Origin: a virus
Lineage: Duplodnaviria > Caudoviricetes
Strand: one strand, 5' to 3'
Virus record (IMG/VR): IMGVR_UViG_3300032038_009890
Location: 96,001-160,000 of that record
DNA: 64,000 nt
Shown: positions 22,284 through 31,128 of the stretch, piece by piece
Numbering within the stretch: position 1 is the first letter of the stretch
Layout of the letters: every line of letters starts with the position of its first letter
The notes under the pieces: model-generated
Seen by the model: only the letters and a program-made list of their open reading frames with translations
Database searches by the model: none
Told to the model about the DNA's origin: nothing
Program-made: the position numbers and the translations under genes

Positions 22284-22685
22284 TTATCCACTATAGCCAA
22301 ACCTACAAAGGATAGCAATCTCATCACCAGATTCTGAAGTATAAAAGTTTGTTTCAGAACCTTGCATTCCTTCATCAAAGAAATCATCATCAAATTCAAT
22401 TCCAGACCAAACTGCATAGCGAACATAACCATGTTCAAAGAAATACACGTTCTCGCTACTATACTCTGTGATTTTTTCCTCAATCTCTTCTACAGTTACA
22501 TTCCATTTCTTAGCAATCATATTTACCAATTCTTCTCTGGTATACATCTTATAATCCTTACTAGACATATCCAGATAAAGATCGCCCTCTTTCCAAGCAT
22601 TATATATCCTCATAGGAATAATACTAATTGAATGGACGGAGCTAGAATTTGTTTCATGTACGCCAAACCTGATATACTCTTTCAC
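22284..22685 (-). CDS. ETNSSS-motif protein 2
   Basis: N-terminal IRFGVHETNSSSVH. Confidence 0.7.
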   Translation of the reverse strand: MKEYIRFGVHETNSSSVHSISIIPMRIYNAWKEGDLYLDMSSKDYKMYTREELVNMIAKKWNVTVEEIEEKITEYSSENVYFFEHGYVRYAVWSGIEFDDDFFDEGMQGSETNFYTSESGDEIAILCRFGYSG

Positions 22686-23395
22686 TTATATATCTCCTTA
22701 ATGAATTTTCTATCTATGATTCCACACTCAATGTACTTATCAAGATAATAATACTCATCCCCATCTTGAATAATAATATATTTTTTATTTGTCAAAAACT
22801 CTTTTAGTGTTACTTTCTTTTCCTTTAGAAATCTCTGCAAAAGTCCTCTACTTTGATGATCAACACACCCAATGTCTGGAACGTCATTTACAAATGCTTC
22901 ATCCATCACGGCATTTATTTCTTCGCCTTGCTCATTAGTATATGTATACTGGCATATATCATCAGAATAGCCCGCATAATGTAGCTTATCATGTGGTATT
23001 GGATTTCCATTAATGTCACGATAGATTTCAAGCTCTTTCTTTGCTATTCTAAATTCTTTGACTTCTGGTATAATCTCAGAAACGATTCTCAAAAGTCTCT
23101 TATATGTACTTTCAAACCTCGCTTCATCACCATAAAAGTCACCTAAGTATGAGCAGATAGCATAAGATAATTTGTCCTCAAACGTATATAATATTTTAAA
23201 AGGCCACCGTCCAAAGCCTTCTTCTATACTATCATAAATAATAAGTTTTCCGTCTTTATCTACCCAAACACAATCATCTACGTCCCAATCATTTACTACA
23301 ATTGCCATATGTTCATCATTATTTGTAATACATATAGCATGCATAGAAGAGCTATTTGTTTCATGACAATTTCTTCTGATTGTATATTTAGCCAT
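22682..23395 (-). CDS. ETNSSS-motif protein 1
   Basis: N-terminal IRRNCHETNSSSMH; C-terminal VDHQS...DGD. Confidence 0.7.
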   Translation of the reverse strand: MAKYTIRRNCHETNSSSMHAICITNNDEHMAIVVNDWDVDDCVWVDKDGKLIIYDSIEEGFGRWPFKILYTFEDKLSYAICSYLGDFYGDEARFESTYKRLLRIVSEIIPEVKEFRIAKKELEIYRDINGNPIPHDKLHYAGYSDDICQYTYTNEQGEEINAVMDEAFVNDVPDIGCVDHQSRGLLQRFLKEKKVTLKEFLTNKKYIIIQDGDEYYYLDKYIECGIIDRKFIKEIYK

Positions 23396-23403
23396 GGTAC
23401 TCC

Positions 23404-24294
23404 TTAATGTGCATATACATCTGCGTTGTGCAGAATCATAACGTCATCATAGAACTCAGTTCCGTATCTCTTAATAAATTTTCTTTCAGCCTTTTCATCA
23501 CCATTCCAGAAATATGGGTCCATATGATGGCACACAAGATTACTTACATATAGCGTATCAGCGTTATACTTTTCGCAAGCAAAGAATAATGTCTCATAGC
23601 CGCCCACATTATGATGATAATAGTAATGCACTCTTAAATCATCATCATAGCTCTTTGTATACGGTTTTCCGCAGTCATGTAATAATGATGCAACTGCTAC
23701 AGATATATCAGTATCCTTTTCACCCACATGTAGATAATGATTGTACACGTGATGAAACGTCATTGACAGATGCCTACCAAGCGAAGCAGTGTGATGCTTA
23801 GACTCCTGATTATATTGATCTAAAAAGAATGTCAGATCTGTGGGGTCTCCATTGGAGGTCATCCACTCGGACCTGTCGTAATGTATCCAAATCTCATCCC
23901 ACCCCTCCCAATAGCCGGGGGTATACCAAGATTCATAAGCCTCTTTGACGTGTTTCATTTCTCCAGAAAAGTTTTTACAGCAAATATTATAAGGTGTTGC
24001 AATGATAATGCAGATTTTATATACATCATTAAAACTGCCGACAACATTGTTAATTAGATACCTACGGCTCTTTTCTTTTACATTTGAAGCATCGACAACA
24101 CAATCACTGCCGCATGATATTATTGCCTTTATCTTATCATAATATTTATTGTATACTACTGTTTCGTCGGTGATTCCCTGATCATTTAATTTTTTCCTTA
24201 TATCACCAATTGATACAACCTCAGCCCCAATAGTACCTGCATAGGCACTTTTCCCAGAACCCGGAAGACCCACCATAGCATATAATTTAGGCAT
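23404..24294 (-). CDS. AAA_33 kinase fused to HD phosphohydrolase
   Basis: GLPGSGKS, DASN, EGW; HH...H, LHDCGKP, HH..VG, HHM, AD..AH. Confidence 0.85.
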   Translation of the reverse strand: MPKLYAMVGLPGSGKSAYAGTIGAEVVSIGDIRKKLNDQGITDETVVYNKYYDKIKAIISCGSDCVVDASNVKEKSRRYLINNVVGSFNDVYKICIIIATPYNICCKNFSGEMKHVKEAYESWYTPGYWEGWDEIWIHYDRSEWMTSNGDPTDLTFFLDQYNQESKHHTASLGRHLSMTFHHVYNHYLHVGEKDTDISVAVASLLHDCGKPYTKSYDDDLRVHYYYHHNVGGYETLFFACEKYNADTLYVSNLVCHHMDPYFWNGDEKAERKFIKRYGTEFYDDVMILHNADVYAH

Positions 24295-24560
24295 TAGTTA
24301 TCCCTCCTTTCTTTTATAAGAATTATTATTGCAGAACATACTATAACTACAATCGCAGATATTACAAACATCTCAAGTGTTTCGATTAACAAGGTGATTA
24401 TCCTTATAAACATACCTTCTTTTTATTTGGAATGTAATACTTAGAATAATAGCCGCACCTACAGAAGTCTTTGCGGACAACTCCATAAACAGATGTTATA
24501 TATTTCTTTTTCAGTATTACACCACAATTGGGGCAGTTAACATACATAGGTGATTTCCTC

Positions 24561-24833
24561 CTATTCTAGTCCAAGATCACTGGCAAACATAAGAGTGCCG
24601 TCTGCCTTGTAACAAGGTGTGATACCAAACCGCTCGGATGTATCATATAATATGTAGACAACTTTTGTTTTGCTGTCAACGGCATACATAAAACCTGCTG
24701 TAGTATTTTCACTATATATTTTAATTTTAGGTCTAATTGCGATTCCTACATATTCTTTGCCGAGGCTGCTATAATCACATCCAACTAAACAGCACAACAT
24801 TAATGCTAACACCAGAAACAAAAATCTTTTCAT
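24561..24833 (-). CDS. Putative lipoprotein (paralogue pair, copy 2)
   Basis: Signal peptide ending LVGC; C-terminus KADGT.M.ASDLGLE shared with its neighbour. Confidence 0.7.
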   Translation of the reverse strand: MKRFLFLVLALMLCCLVGCDYSSLGKEYVGIAIRPKIKIYSENTTAGFMYAVDSKTKVVYILYDTSERFGITPCYKADGTLMFASDLGLE

Positions 24834-24845
24834 CTCCGCCCTCCC

Positions 24846-25145
24846 TTATTCTAGGCCAAGATCGCTTGCAAGCATCGGGGTTCCGTCTGCTTTTAAACAA
24901 GGGCATAGTGAACCAACTCTATTTGCGTTGTACAAGATATATACTACTTTTGTTTCTGTATCTATAACGTAGCAAAAACTTGTATACTCAACCACATGAT
25001 TTGCGTAGATAGCTAGATTCGGCATAGGTATCTTTTTATTGTTATATAAATAATATCCTCTCTCTTCGGGGTTAGAACATCCTGCTAAGTAACACAGCAT
25101 CAAGGCTAATGTTAGAAATAAAAACTTTCTCATCTTTATATTCAT
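24846..25145 (-). CDS. Putative lipoprotein (paralogue pair, copy 1)
   Basis: Lipobox LAGC; near-identical C-terminus to 24561-24833. Confidence 0.7.
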   Translation of the reverse strand: MNIKMRKFLFLTLALMLCYLAGCSNPEERGYYLYNNKKIPMPNLAIYANHVVEYTSFCYVIDTETKVVYILYNANRVGSLCPCLKADGTPMLASDLGLE

Positions 25146-25147
25146 CT

Positions 25148-25462
25148 TTAGTATGTCTCTATCAACTCAATTTCCATTCGTGCGCCATCATCTAATCGCA
25201 AGTCATATGCTTTTCCGTAGCTATCTGCATTATACTCATCATCTCCATACCACTTAGAATAAGATAAGCACATCTGATAGCACTTATAATCTTGGCACCA
25301 GAAGATAATTCCATCGTATCCAAAGGCGCGAATTTTATCTCCAACATGAAGCTGATTACCATTTTTATCATGGATAGGCAATGCTAAACCCAATTTGTTT
25401 TGCTTGTATCCAGAAAATTTCTGACGATGAATCTTATCCATGTTTCGTTCTCCATCTAGCAC
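25148..25462 (-). CDS. YopX-like protein
   Basis: DKNG..L..GD.I motif. Confidence 0.45.
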   Translation of the reverse strand: MLDGERNMDKIHRQKFSGYKQNKLGLALPIHDKNGNQLHVGDKIRAFGYDGIIFWCQDYKCYQMCLSYSKWYGDDEYNADSYGKAYDLRLDDGARMEIELIETY

Positions 25463-26204
25463 GAATCTGCTCCGCTTTACTCCGAAGATCTCGGGTATGT
25501 TTGGTTGAAATGTATTTGGTTATTTTTGCGTCTATGTCAATTCGCATAAGATCTGTTGTACGGAACTCTGGATAAAGTATCAAGTACTCGTTCCAGTTAC
25601 CTACATCCAGAGGTAGCACTTCTCTTTGTGTTATAACATAGCTCCGCTCGTCTGGCATTCTAGGTTCTGATGCTTTCCAAAAAGGATACGGCGTAGGTTC
25701 ATAGCCAAAGTCTCTCTTTTTTCTGCGCTGATTTTTATTATAGCAGTCTTCACAAATCGGCATGAACCAATCTCCTAGTTCGAGCATAGGAGTATCAGGC
25801 TTGCCGCATCGTAGACAAATATTTTCGGACAACGCTGAGTAGTCATCGATGATTGCGTCAACTTCACAGTCTTTTGGAACAGGGCCGTAATAACATCTCA
25901 AAGACTCATATTTCTCTTTGATCTGAGTAATTCTGAATTCCTTTAGATAATTGTACTTCAGCAGTTCTGTTCGTAGCTCTTCGCAAAGCTGTAGGCCAAA
26001 TGCTTTCCACCAACCATCCTCGAAAATCTTGGCAAGTGTCCAGTCATATGCTTTGTGTCTCCAGATGATTTTATCAGTAAAAATATTTCTTGGGATTAAA
26101 TATGGATAATGTTTACACAAATTTTTATTTTTTTTCTCGTTTTTTTTATTTGTATAATAATTTAATTTCTGTCTCCATTTTTTCTTTTTAATTCTATGTT
26201 TCAT
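25434..26204 (-). CDS. Conserved phage protein
   Basis: GW...QIKEKY.SLR.Y...C..CG.P...C..C pattern. Confidence 0.6.
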   Translation of the reverse strand: MKHRIKKKKWRQKLNYYTNKKNEKKNKNLCKHYPYLIPRNIFTDKIIWRHKAYDWTLAKIFEDGWWKAFGLQLCEELRTELLKYNYLKEFRITQIKEKYESLRCYYGPVPKDCEVDAIIDDYSALSENICLRCGKPDTPMLELGDWFMPICEDCYNKNQRRKKRDFGYEPTPYPFWKASEPRMPDERSYVITQREVLPLDVGNWNEYLILYPEFRTTDLMRIDIDAKITKYISTKHTRDLRSKAEQIRARWRTKHG

Positions 26205-26944
26205 AAAATGTTCTCTCTATAAACTTGTTGGCTTTCATCATAACTATATTCTTTGTAATATTCACGCTCTGCTTCTTTTCGTGATTTTATTGCTTCTTCT
26301 TTTGTGTTAAAGTATCCTAAACGAACCTTATTTTTATTTATGGAAATAAAAGCTTCCCATTTTCTTCCATTAAAAATAACTCCCTTTTCCCCAGTCTTAT
26401 TTCTTGTTGATACCTTTGTATTCATAGCATTTTCTGATGCTGAAGCAATTCTTAAATTGCATTTTCTATTGTCATTAACTGTTAATTCCCCGCCAATATG
26501 ATCAATATACGCATTAGAATCATTTACGCCCATTATTACTCTATGCAATAATTTATTCTTCCATGCACATATATAACCATTTTCATTTTCATACCAACTA
26601 TAATCTTTTATTTTATCATAATCTTCCAAATCGAAATAAAATTCATTTTCTGTGTTTGCTGTGAATCCTATTCCATAATCACCCTCTAGGTTATATTTGT
26701 TCTTTTTCCGTTGTTCTATTCTTTCTTTCTTTATAATTTCATTTCTTAAACATCCACATGAATTTGTTTTACCACTTTTTAAATTACAACTTCTTACTTG
26801 AATTATTGTTTTATTCTCACATGAACATTGACATATCCAAGTCGTATCTCTTTTACCATTTTTGCGTATAGTATCTTCTCCTCGTCTTAAAACCGTTAAT
26901 CTCCCAAATACTTGCCCTTCTAAATTTTTAAGTGGTCTTCCCAT
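26201..26944 (-). CDS. HNH endonuclease with AP2 domain (homing endonuclease)
   Basis: G..FGRLTV, SCGC, LHR...DHI...DNRKCNLR, GV...W.A.I...LGYF..KEEA. Confidence 0.85.
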   Translation of the reverse strand: MGRPLKNLEGQVFGRLTVLRRGEDTIRKNGKRDTTWICQCSCENKTIIQVRSCNLKSGKTNSCGCLRNEIIKKERIEQRKKNKYNLEGDYGIGFTANTENEFYFDLEDYDKIKDYSWYENENGYICAWKNKLLHRVIMGVNDSNAYIDHIGGELTVNDNRKCNLRIASASENAMNTKVSTRNKTGEKGVIFNGRKWEAFISINKNKVRLGYFNTKEEAIKSRKEAEREYYKEYSYDESQQVYRENIL

Positions 26945-27234
26945 CTTCTTACCTCATACTAACTTGCGAAATTCAAATACTTCTCCGCATCTACCACACT
27001 TCACTCTTCCGCTAGTACCTATGCCAGTAGGATAAAACATATACTTATACCCTCCACCAGAAACGTCATGACAATGATTTGCGGGTAAAATCATATCCCC
27101 ACTTCCATTCTAACGATTTAGATAAAACGCTATAAACCACAAAAGGGAAGACACCCATTCTCTGCATCCGAATAGTATGTCTTCCCTCTTTTTTATATTT
27201 GATTTAATTATGTTGTTATCACGCATCCAAGTAT

Positions 27235-27331
27235 ATTTCAATCCATACGCTTATACAGGTTATTTCTGGAGGTGTTGCCGGGTCAGCTCTGCTATCCAAA
27301 TTTTAATCTATACGTTTATATAGATTATTTC
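27235..27331 (-). CRISPR. Candidate two-repeat CRISPR mini-array (type I-C-like repeat), no cas genes
   Basis: 32-nt repeats at 27235-27266 and 27300-27331 (27/32 identical) flank a 33-nt spacer; minus-strand repeat ends TGGATTGAAAT. Confidence 0.45.
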
Positions 27332-27399
27332 CCCGGATGCTTACTCTTTTGTTCCTCAGTAGGATAAGTCTGCATTTCCTTTTGGCCTGATAAGCTAAA

Positions 27400-27476
27400 C
27401 TGGCGTGGCTCGGACCGAACGAGCATCTCACGGGGTTGGCTCCCATGCGCATTAGTCCTTTTTATGCTACACGCCA
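27400..27476 (-). tRNA. Atypical tRNA (possibly Trp-CCA) or pseudo-tRNA
   Basis: Acceptor TGGCGTG/CACGCCA, T-arm GCTCG-TTCGGTC-CGAGC; non-canonical anticodon loop AGCCAAC. Confidence 0.45.
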
Positions 27477-27564
27477 AATGAGGGATGTTTAAGCTTTGTT
27501 ACACCCCCAAAACCTTTGCCTATTAATAACCTAGTACTAGTTCGGCAGAGCGTCCTCTGCCTAA

Positions 27565-27639
27565 TGCGCCTAGTGGGTTATGCTCCCACGACCTCTACCC
27601 TTAGACTGGTAGCGCTCTCTCTTACTGAGCTATAGGCGC
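27565..27639 (-). tRNA. tRNA with 8-nt anticodon loop AGTCTAAG (CTA suppressor or Arg-TCT)
   Basis: GCGCCTA/TAGGCGC, D GCTC/GAGC, anticodon stem CTACC/GGTAG, T-arm GTGGG-AGCATAA-CCCAC. Confidence 0.65.
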
Positions 27640-27754
27640 GATGGCTGACCTTTTCACATACTCCTGCGCACTGATGTATGCGATCAAGGGATTATACTGG
27701 CTCAGCCCAACCACTAAAAAACTATATAGCTTCGGCAGGATGTCCCCTGCCTAT

Positions 27755-27866
27755 ATCACGGGTGAGGATTTGCACCTCGCATGGGCTAAAGGCTCATATG
27801 TCCTTCGCAAGCATCGGATCAAGCGGCTCTTACCTTATAAGCGTCTACCTATTCCGCCACCGTGAT
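27755..27866 (-). tRNA. Leu/Ser-type tRNA-like RNA with expanded, unassignable anticodon/variable region
   Basis: TCACGG/CCGTGA stem, GGCGGAATAGGTAGACGC D region, GAGG-TGCAAAT-CCTC T-arm; ~110 nt. Confidence 0.5.
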
Positions 27867-27918
27867 ACTACATTTAATACTAACCTATGAAGCAATTCAT
27901 TTAAGGCACACTGCCCAA

Positions 27919-27988
27919 TTATCATCTCTCGATTCGAACGAGAATCTCTCACCCCCGTAGAGTATGTTACCAATTACACCAGATGACA
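27919..27988 (-). tRNA. Degenerate pseudo-tRNA
   Basis: TGTCATC/GATGATA, D-loop AATTGGTA, T-arm TCTCG-TTCGAAT-CGAGA; broken anticodon arm. Confidence 0.45.
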
Positions 27989-28069
27989 AATTATGACAAT
28001 AAATCCTCACGACCACCGAGCAGGCGGCAAGTTACAATTTAATTTTCCCTTGTAAATACAGGGGAAACG

Positions 28070-28208
28070 TACTCCCAGTTGGATTCGGACCAACGACACA
28101 CGGCTTAATCCTCGCTACTGGTTCTGCCCCAGTATTTCGAATTGCGTTTTCCTTAGTTAAACTAAGCGAAGTAAGGCCGCCGCTCTAACCTGACTGAGCT
28201 ATGGGAGC
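28070..28208 (-). tRNA. Interrupted tRNA (Ile-TAT or Lys-TTT) carrying a nested tRNA-like insert in its anticodon loop
   Basis: Outer GCTCCCA/TGGGAGT, D GCTC/GAGC, anticodon stem GCGGC/GCCGT, T-arm GTTGG-TCCGAAT-CCAAC; inner element at 28109-28171. Confidence 0.75.
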
Positions 28209-28474
28209 ATAAAATCCAGTGCAGATAACGCCTGTAGGTTCGCCACCTGCACCAGATGCGTCCGAAAAGCAATCTTATTCCCGAAGAATTATCATTATTC
28301 AATTTTAAATTTTTAATTAGAATTCAATTACATTATCTTGCCGTTACTTGATAACGCACCTCCCTTTGTAATCACAGACAACAAAGTTACAGCTGATAAT
28401 GAATCATAGCCATACTAGTCCAAATGCATTCACATTTTTTCTATTCAAATTTCTTTAGATTTTATATGGCTAAA

Positions 28475-28564
28475 CGCCAACGGCAGAACTCGAATCTGCA
28501 CGCCGCTCTCACGGTTACTACGGCTTTTCAAGAGCCGTACCTTACCAATTAGGTTTACGTTGGC
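28475..28564 (-). tRNA. tRNA-Ser(TGA)
   Basis: GCCAACG/CGTTGGC, CGGCT-CTTGAAA-AGCCG, long variable arm, G73. Confidence 0.85.
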
Positions 28565-28671
28565 ATAAAATGTTGGCGGGAACCTTGTACTTCTGCTCCT
28601 CTTTAATGCTCATTAGCAAACCAACAAAATCTTTCGTCTGCACCTGCTTTGCCCTTACAGAGTGCAAACAG

Positions 28672-28752
28672 TACCCGTAGGCGAATTCGAATCGCCACGC
28701 TAAAAGCCAAGGATTCTAAGTCCTTTACGTCTGCCAGTTCCGTCATACGGGC
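28672..28752 (-). tRNA. tRNA-Leu(TAG)
   Basis: GCCCGTA/TACGGGT, AAGGA-CTTAGAA-TCCTT, variable arm, A73. Confidence 0.88.
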
Positions 28753-28893
28753 ATACTCTTACATCCCATTACTCGCCTACCCCTTGCAGTTCCGGTCACC
28801 CAGTAGACCCATCTCCACGCGCCAATATGCCGTCTTACAGGATAGCTACTCCCCATAAGCTAATAGACACTTGCCCTCACAGGATGTAAGAAA

Positions 28894-28969
28894 TGCTTCG
28901 GTCTCGATTTGAACGAGAATCAGTGTGATCAGCACTGGTTTTATCCGCGTACTATTAAACTACCTAAGC
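28894..28969 (-). tRNA. Atypical tRNA-Ile(GAT)
   Basis: CAGTG-CTGATCA-CACTG, T-arm TCTCG-TTCAAAT-CGAGA; enlarged D-loop, 2-nt variable region, one acceptor mismatch. Confidence 0.55.
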
Positions 28970-28974
28970 AGATT

Positions 28975-29000
28975 TAGCTTTTGAGCGGAGCTATAACCGC
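28975..29000 (-). ncRNA. H-type pseudoknot PK1 (preQ1-I-like)
   Basis: GCGG-TTA-TAGCT-CCGC-TCAAA-AGCTA. Confidence 0.55.
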
Positions 29001-29003
29001 AAC

Positions 29004-29078
29004 TAGGCACTGTACCACAAGCAGAAAGGAAATACCATATATCTTTGTTCTTCATAAAATATTTGCTGTATGTGCCTA
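29004..29078 (-). ncRNA. ACAGCAA-helix RNA element A
   Basis: TAGGCAC-ATACAGCAA...GTGCCTA. Confidence 0.65.
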
Positions 29079-29148
29079 TCAAATATATTTAGTTGTCTCA
29101 TTTAGAATAACCCCTACCTGCTCTCACAGTTTATTTATACTCATCATC

Positions 29149-29262
29149 TAGGTGCATATCTGCTCTAAGCAGAAGGGGTTATTACTTTTAAGTCGCAGAG
29201 TTTTCCGCTATATTTTCCTGTACATTATTGTAATGAAATTAAAATTTTGCTGTATGCACCTA
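29149..29262 (-). ncRNA. ACAGCAA-helix RNA element B
   Basis: TAGGTGC-ATACAGCAA...GCACCTA. Confidence 0.65.
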
Positions 29263-29264
29263 AA

Positions 29265-29378
29265 CGCATGGGACAGGGATCGAACCTGTATCTTTCGCGG
29301 GACAGGCGATATAATATTTGCTGATTATGACTATTGCTAGCCACGTTTTAACGTTCTAACCAATTAAACTACCCATGC
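29265..29378 (-). ncRNA. tRNA-Asp(GTC)-like RNA with inserted ACAGCAA-helix (element C)
   Basis: GCATGGG/CCCATGC with G73, D-arm, insert GTGGCTA-GCAA-TAGTCAT-AATCAGCAA, TCGC-CTGTCCC-GCGA, ACAGG-TTCGATC-CCTGT. Confidence 0.7.
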
Positions 29379-29381
29379 ATA

Positions 29382-29463
29382 GGGGAGGATGTAAGAAATC
29401 GAACTTATGAGTATATGCTGTAACTGTCTGCCTAGACAGTGCCACCCTTGGCTCCATCCCCCC
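29382..29463 (-). ncRNA. tRNA-like RNA whose anticodon arm is the ACAGCA-helix (element D)
   Basis: GGGGGGA/TCCTCCC, ACTGTCT-AGGC-AGACAGT-TACAGCA, TAAG-TTCGATTT-CTTA. Confidence 0.6.
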
Positions 29464-29471
29464 ATAAAAAC

Positions 29472-29580
29472 TAGATACCGTTTGACTTGGGCGCGACTCC
29501 AAGATTTCTCCCTAGGGGAGCGTCCTACGCATTTAGACTATATGTTCCGTGAAACATCCGATAACTGCTGTAGGTATCTA
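29472..29580 (-). ncRNA. ACAGCA-helix element E enclosing D/anticodon/T-like arms
   Basis: TAGATACC-TACAGCAG...GTCT/GGAC, CTCC/GGAG, CTTGG/CCAAG...GGTATCTA. Confidence 0.6.
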
Positions 29581-29584
29581 TATA

Positions 29585-31114
29585 TTAGATAATCCCTTTC
29601 AGCGCCGCATCAACGGCGTCATACCGAGGACTGTTAATAGTATCAAGTAAAACATCATACGGGTCCATACGATCACTCATGACCATCCGCAGAAGCTGAA
29701 CAGAAAAACCAGAGCAAAGTACAAGACCATTTTCATTTTTCTGCATCGGCATCGTCTTATCTACTTCTCCAGAGAGATTCCAGAAGATGATGCGAGGCAG
29801 TTTATATCCATGCATCTGATATTTACGAGAAATACTCTCAAAAATTGTATTAATCCTAGAAGGTGCATATACAGCTTGGTTAAACTGCATATCACTAAGG
29901 ATAATAACTCTGCTCGGCATCTCATCCTGCTTATAGCCATTACTAATAGCTGTTTGCAGAATAAGGTCCATCGTTTTCTCAATATCAGTATCTGCCACCT
30001 CGGAATGCTTAAAGAAATACTCGATCTTTTCGCGGAGGCTATTGCAGTTACTCAGGTCAAAAAACTTCGGCCTATTGGAAAAAGAAAGTACAAGATTTTT
30101 CCAATCGTCGCTGTTATGCTCCGACGTATAAACAGACAGAGCAATCGCAACATCAAAAGGTCTAACCTTAGTACGGTATCCAGGCTCACACATCGAGGAT
30201 GAGGTATCACATACTACAAGAGTATCTCCAATCCCCATCTGCGGCAATGCCTTCCACAGCTGTTCTAGCGTCTCATCATACGCATTGATGTTTGGCCTAT
30301 ACCAACTATAGCCATAGTTGATATAGCTATTGACGATCTCATGAGGCTGAAGCACACCTGCATTGATTTTAGTCTCTCCCTTTGTTAGCGACTGCAGATA
30401 AGTTGCGCGCCTCTCTTCGTCATGCCGCATAAAGGCCTTACCATAAATCAGGTTTGCCCTAGACGGCACAGCAGAGTAGTTGATCTCGCCCCATTTCTGC
30501 GCAGACATCTTTGACTCGACCAGATCGAGCGTCTTCCGCATGGCAGAAATCTTTTTTCTATACCTTGCAGGAGTAATGCCCCAAGCGTCAATAAAAATCC
30601 CTGCGTAACGTTTCGTCTCACGCGAAGATGCGACACAGCTAGGAAGCCACTTAACTAGTAAGCTGATCGGCTTACCTTCCTTCAGCGCTTCATAGTCCTT
30701 GTCAAGCTGAACGCCAACAAGGTCAATCACATCCTGCTTGAGCGGAGTATCCAGAAACGGCCATAGATCCTTCCATCGCCCGTACTCAGGGAATAGTGGA
30801 AGCAGTGCCTTAACCACGGCAGGACGATTTTCGACCAACCACTGCATACAGGTGATAAATGTCCTTCTCTCGCCCATGCCTTCACGACAGTCACGTAAGA
30901 AGAACAGGTATTTTACACCAACATGCGGATCCTCATAGAATGCCGCCTGATACATGTTGGCAATGTACTCTTCACTCTGCTCACGTAGTCCAGTCGTTGC
31001 GAAGTTAAAATCTAATAGCGCATGACCAGATGACTCATAGGCCAATGCACCGTTTTCAGTCAGCGTCTTCTGCTGATTCAGCTGACTTTTTAAACCAGTA
31101 GCAAACTTATTCAT
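29585..31114 (-). CDS. DUF2828-family TROVE/Ro60-like protein with C-terminal vWA domain
   Basis: TENGA, RDCREGMGER, EYGRWKDL, KWLPS, VPSRA, DTSSSM (MIDAS), SDMQF, FWNL. Start moved to ATG 31114 behind GAAAGGA. Confidence 0.85.
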   Translation of the reverse strand: MNKFATGLKSQLNQQKTLTENGALAYESSGHALLDFNFATTGLREQSEEYIANMYQAAFYEDPHVGVKYLFFLRDCREGMGERRTFITCMQWLVENRPAVVKALLPLFPEYGRWKDLWPFLDTPLKQDVIDLVGVQLDKDYEALKEGKPISLLVKWLPSCVASSRETKRYAGIFIDAWGITPARYRKKISAMRKTLDLVESKMSAQKWGEINYSAVPSRANLIYGKAFMRHDEERRATYLQSLTKGETKINAGVLQPHEIVNSYINYGYSWYRPNINAYDETLEQLWKALPQMGIGDTLVVCDTSSSMCEPGYRTKVRPFDVAIALSVYTSEHNSDDWKNLVLSFSNRPKFFDLSNCNSLREKIEYFFKHSEVADTDIEKTMDLILQTAISNGYKQDEMPSRVIILSDMQFNQAVYAPSRINTIFESISRKYQMHGYKLPRIIFWNLSGEVDKTMPMQKNENGLVLCSGFSVQLLRMVMSDRMDPYDVLLDTINSPRYDAVDAALKGII

Positions 31115-31128
31115 TACATTTTCCTTTC

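Noticed and set aside
28109-28171. Group I or archaeal BHB intron in the tRNA
   Set aside because: Far too short for a group I intron, and no bulge-helix-bulge is evident; the insert folds as a tRNA-like unit instead.
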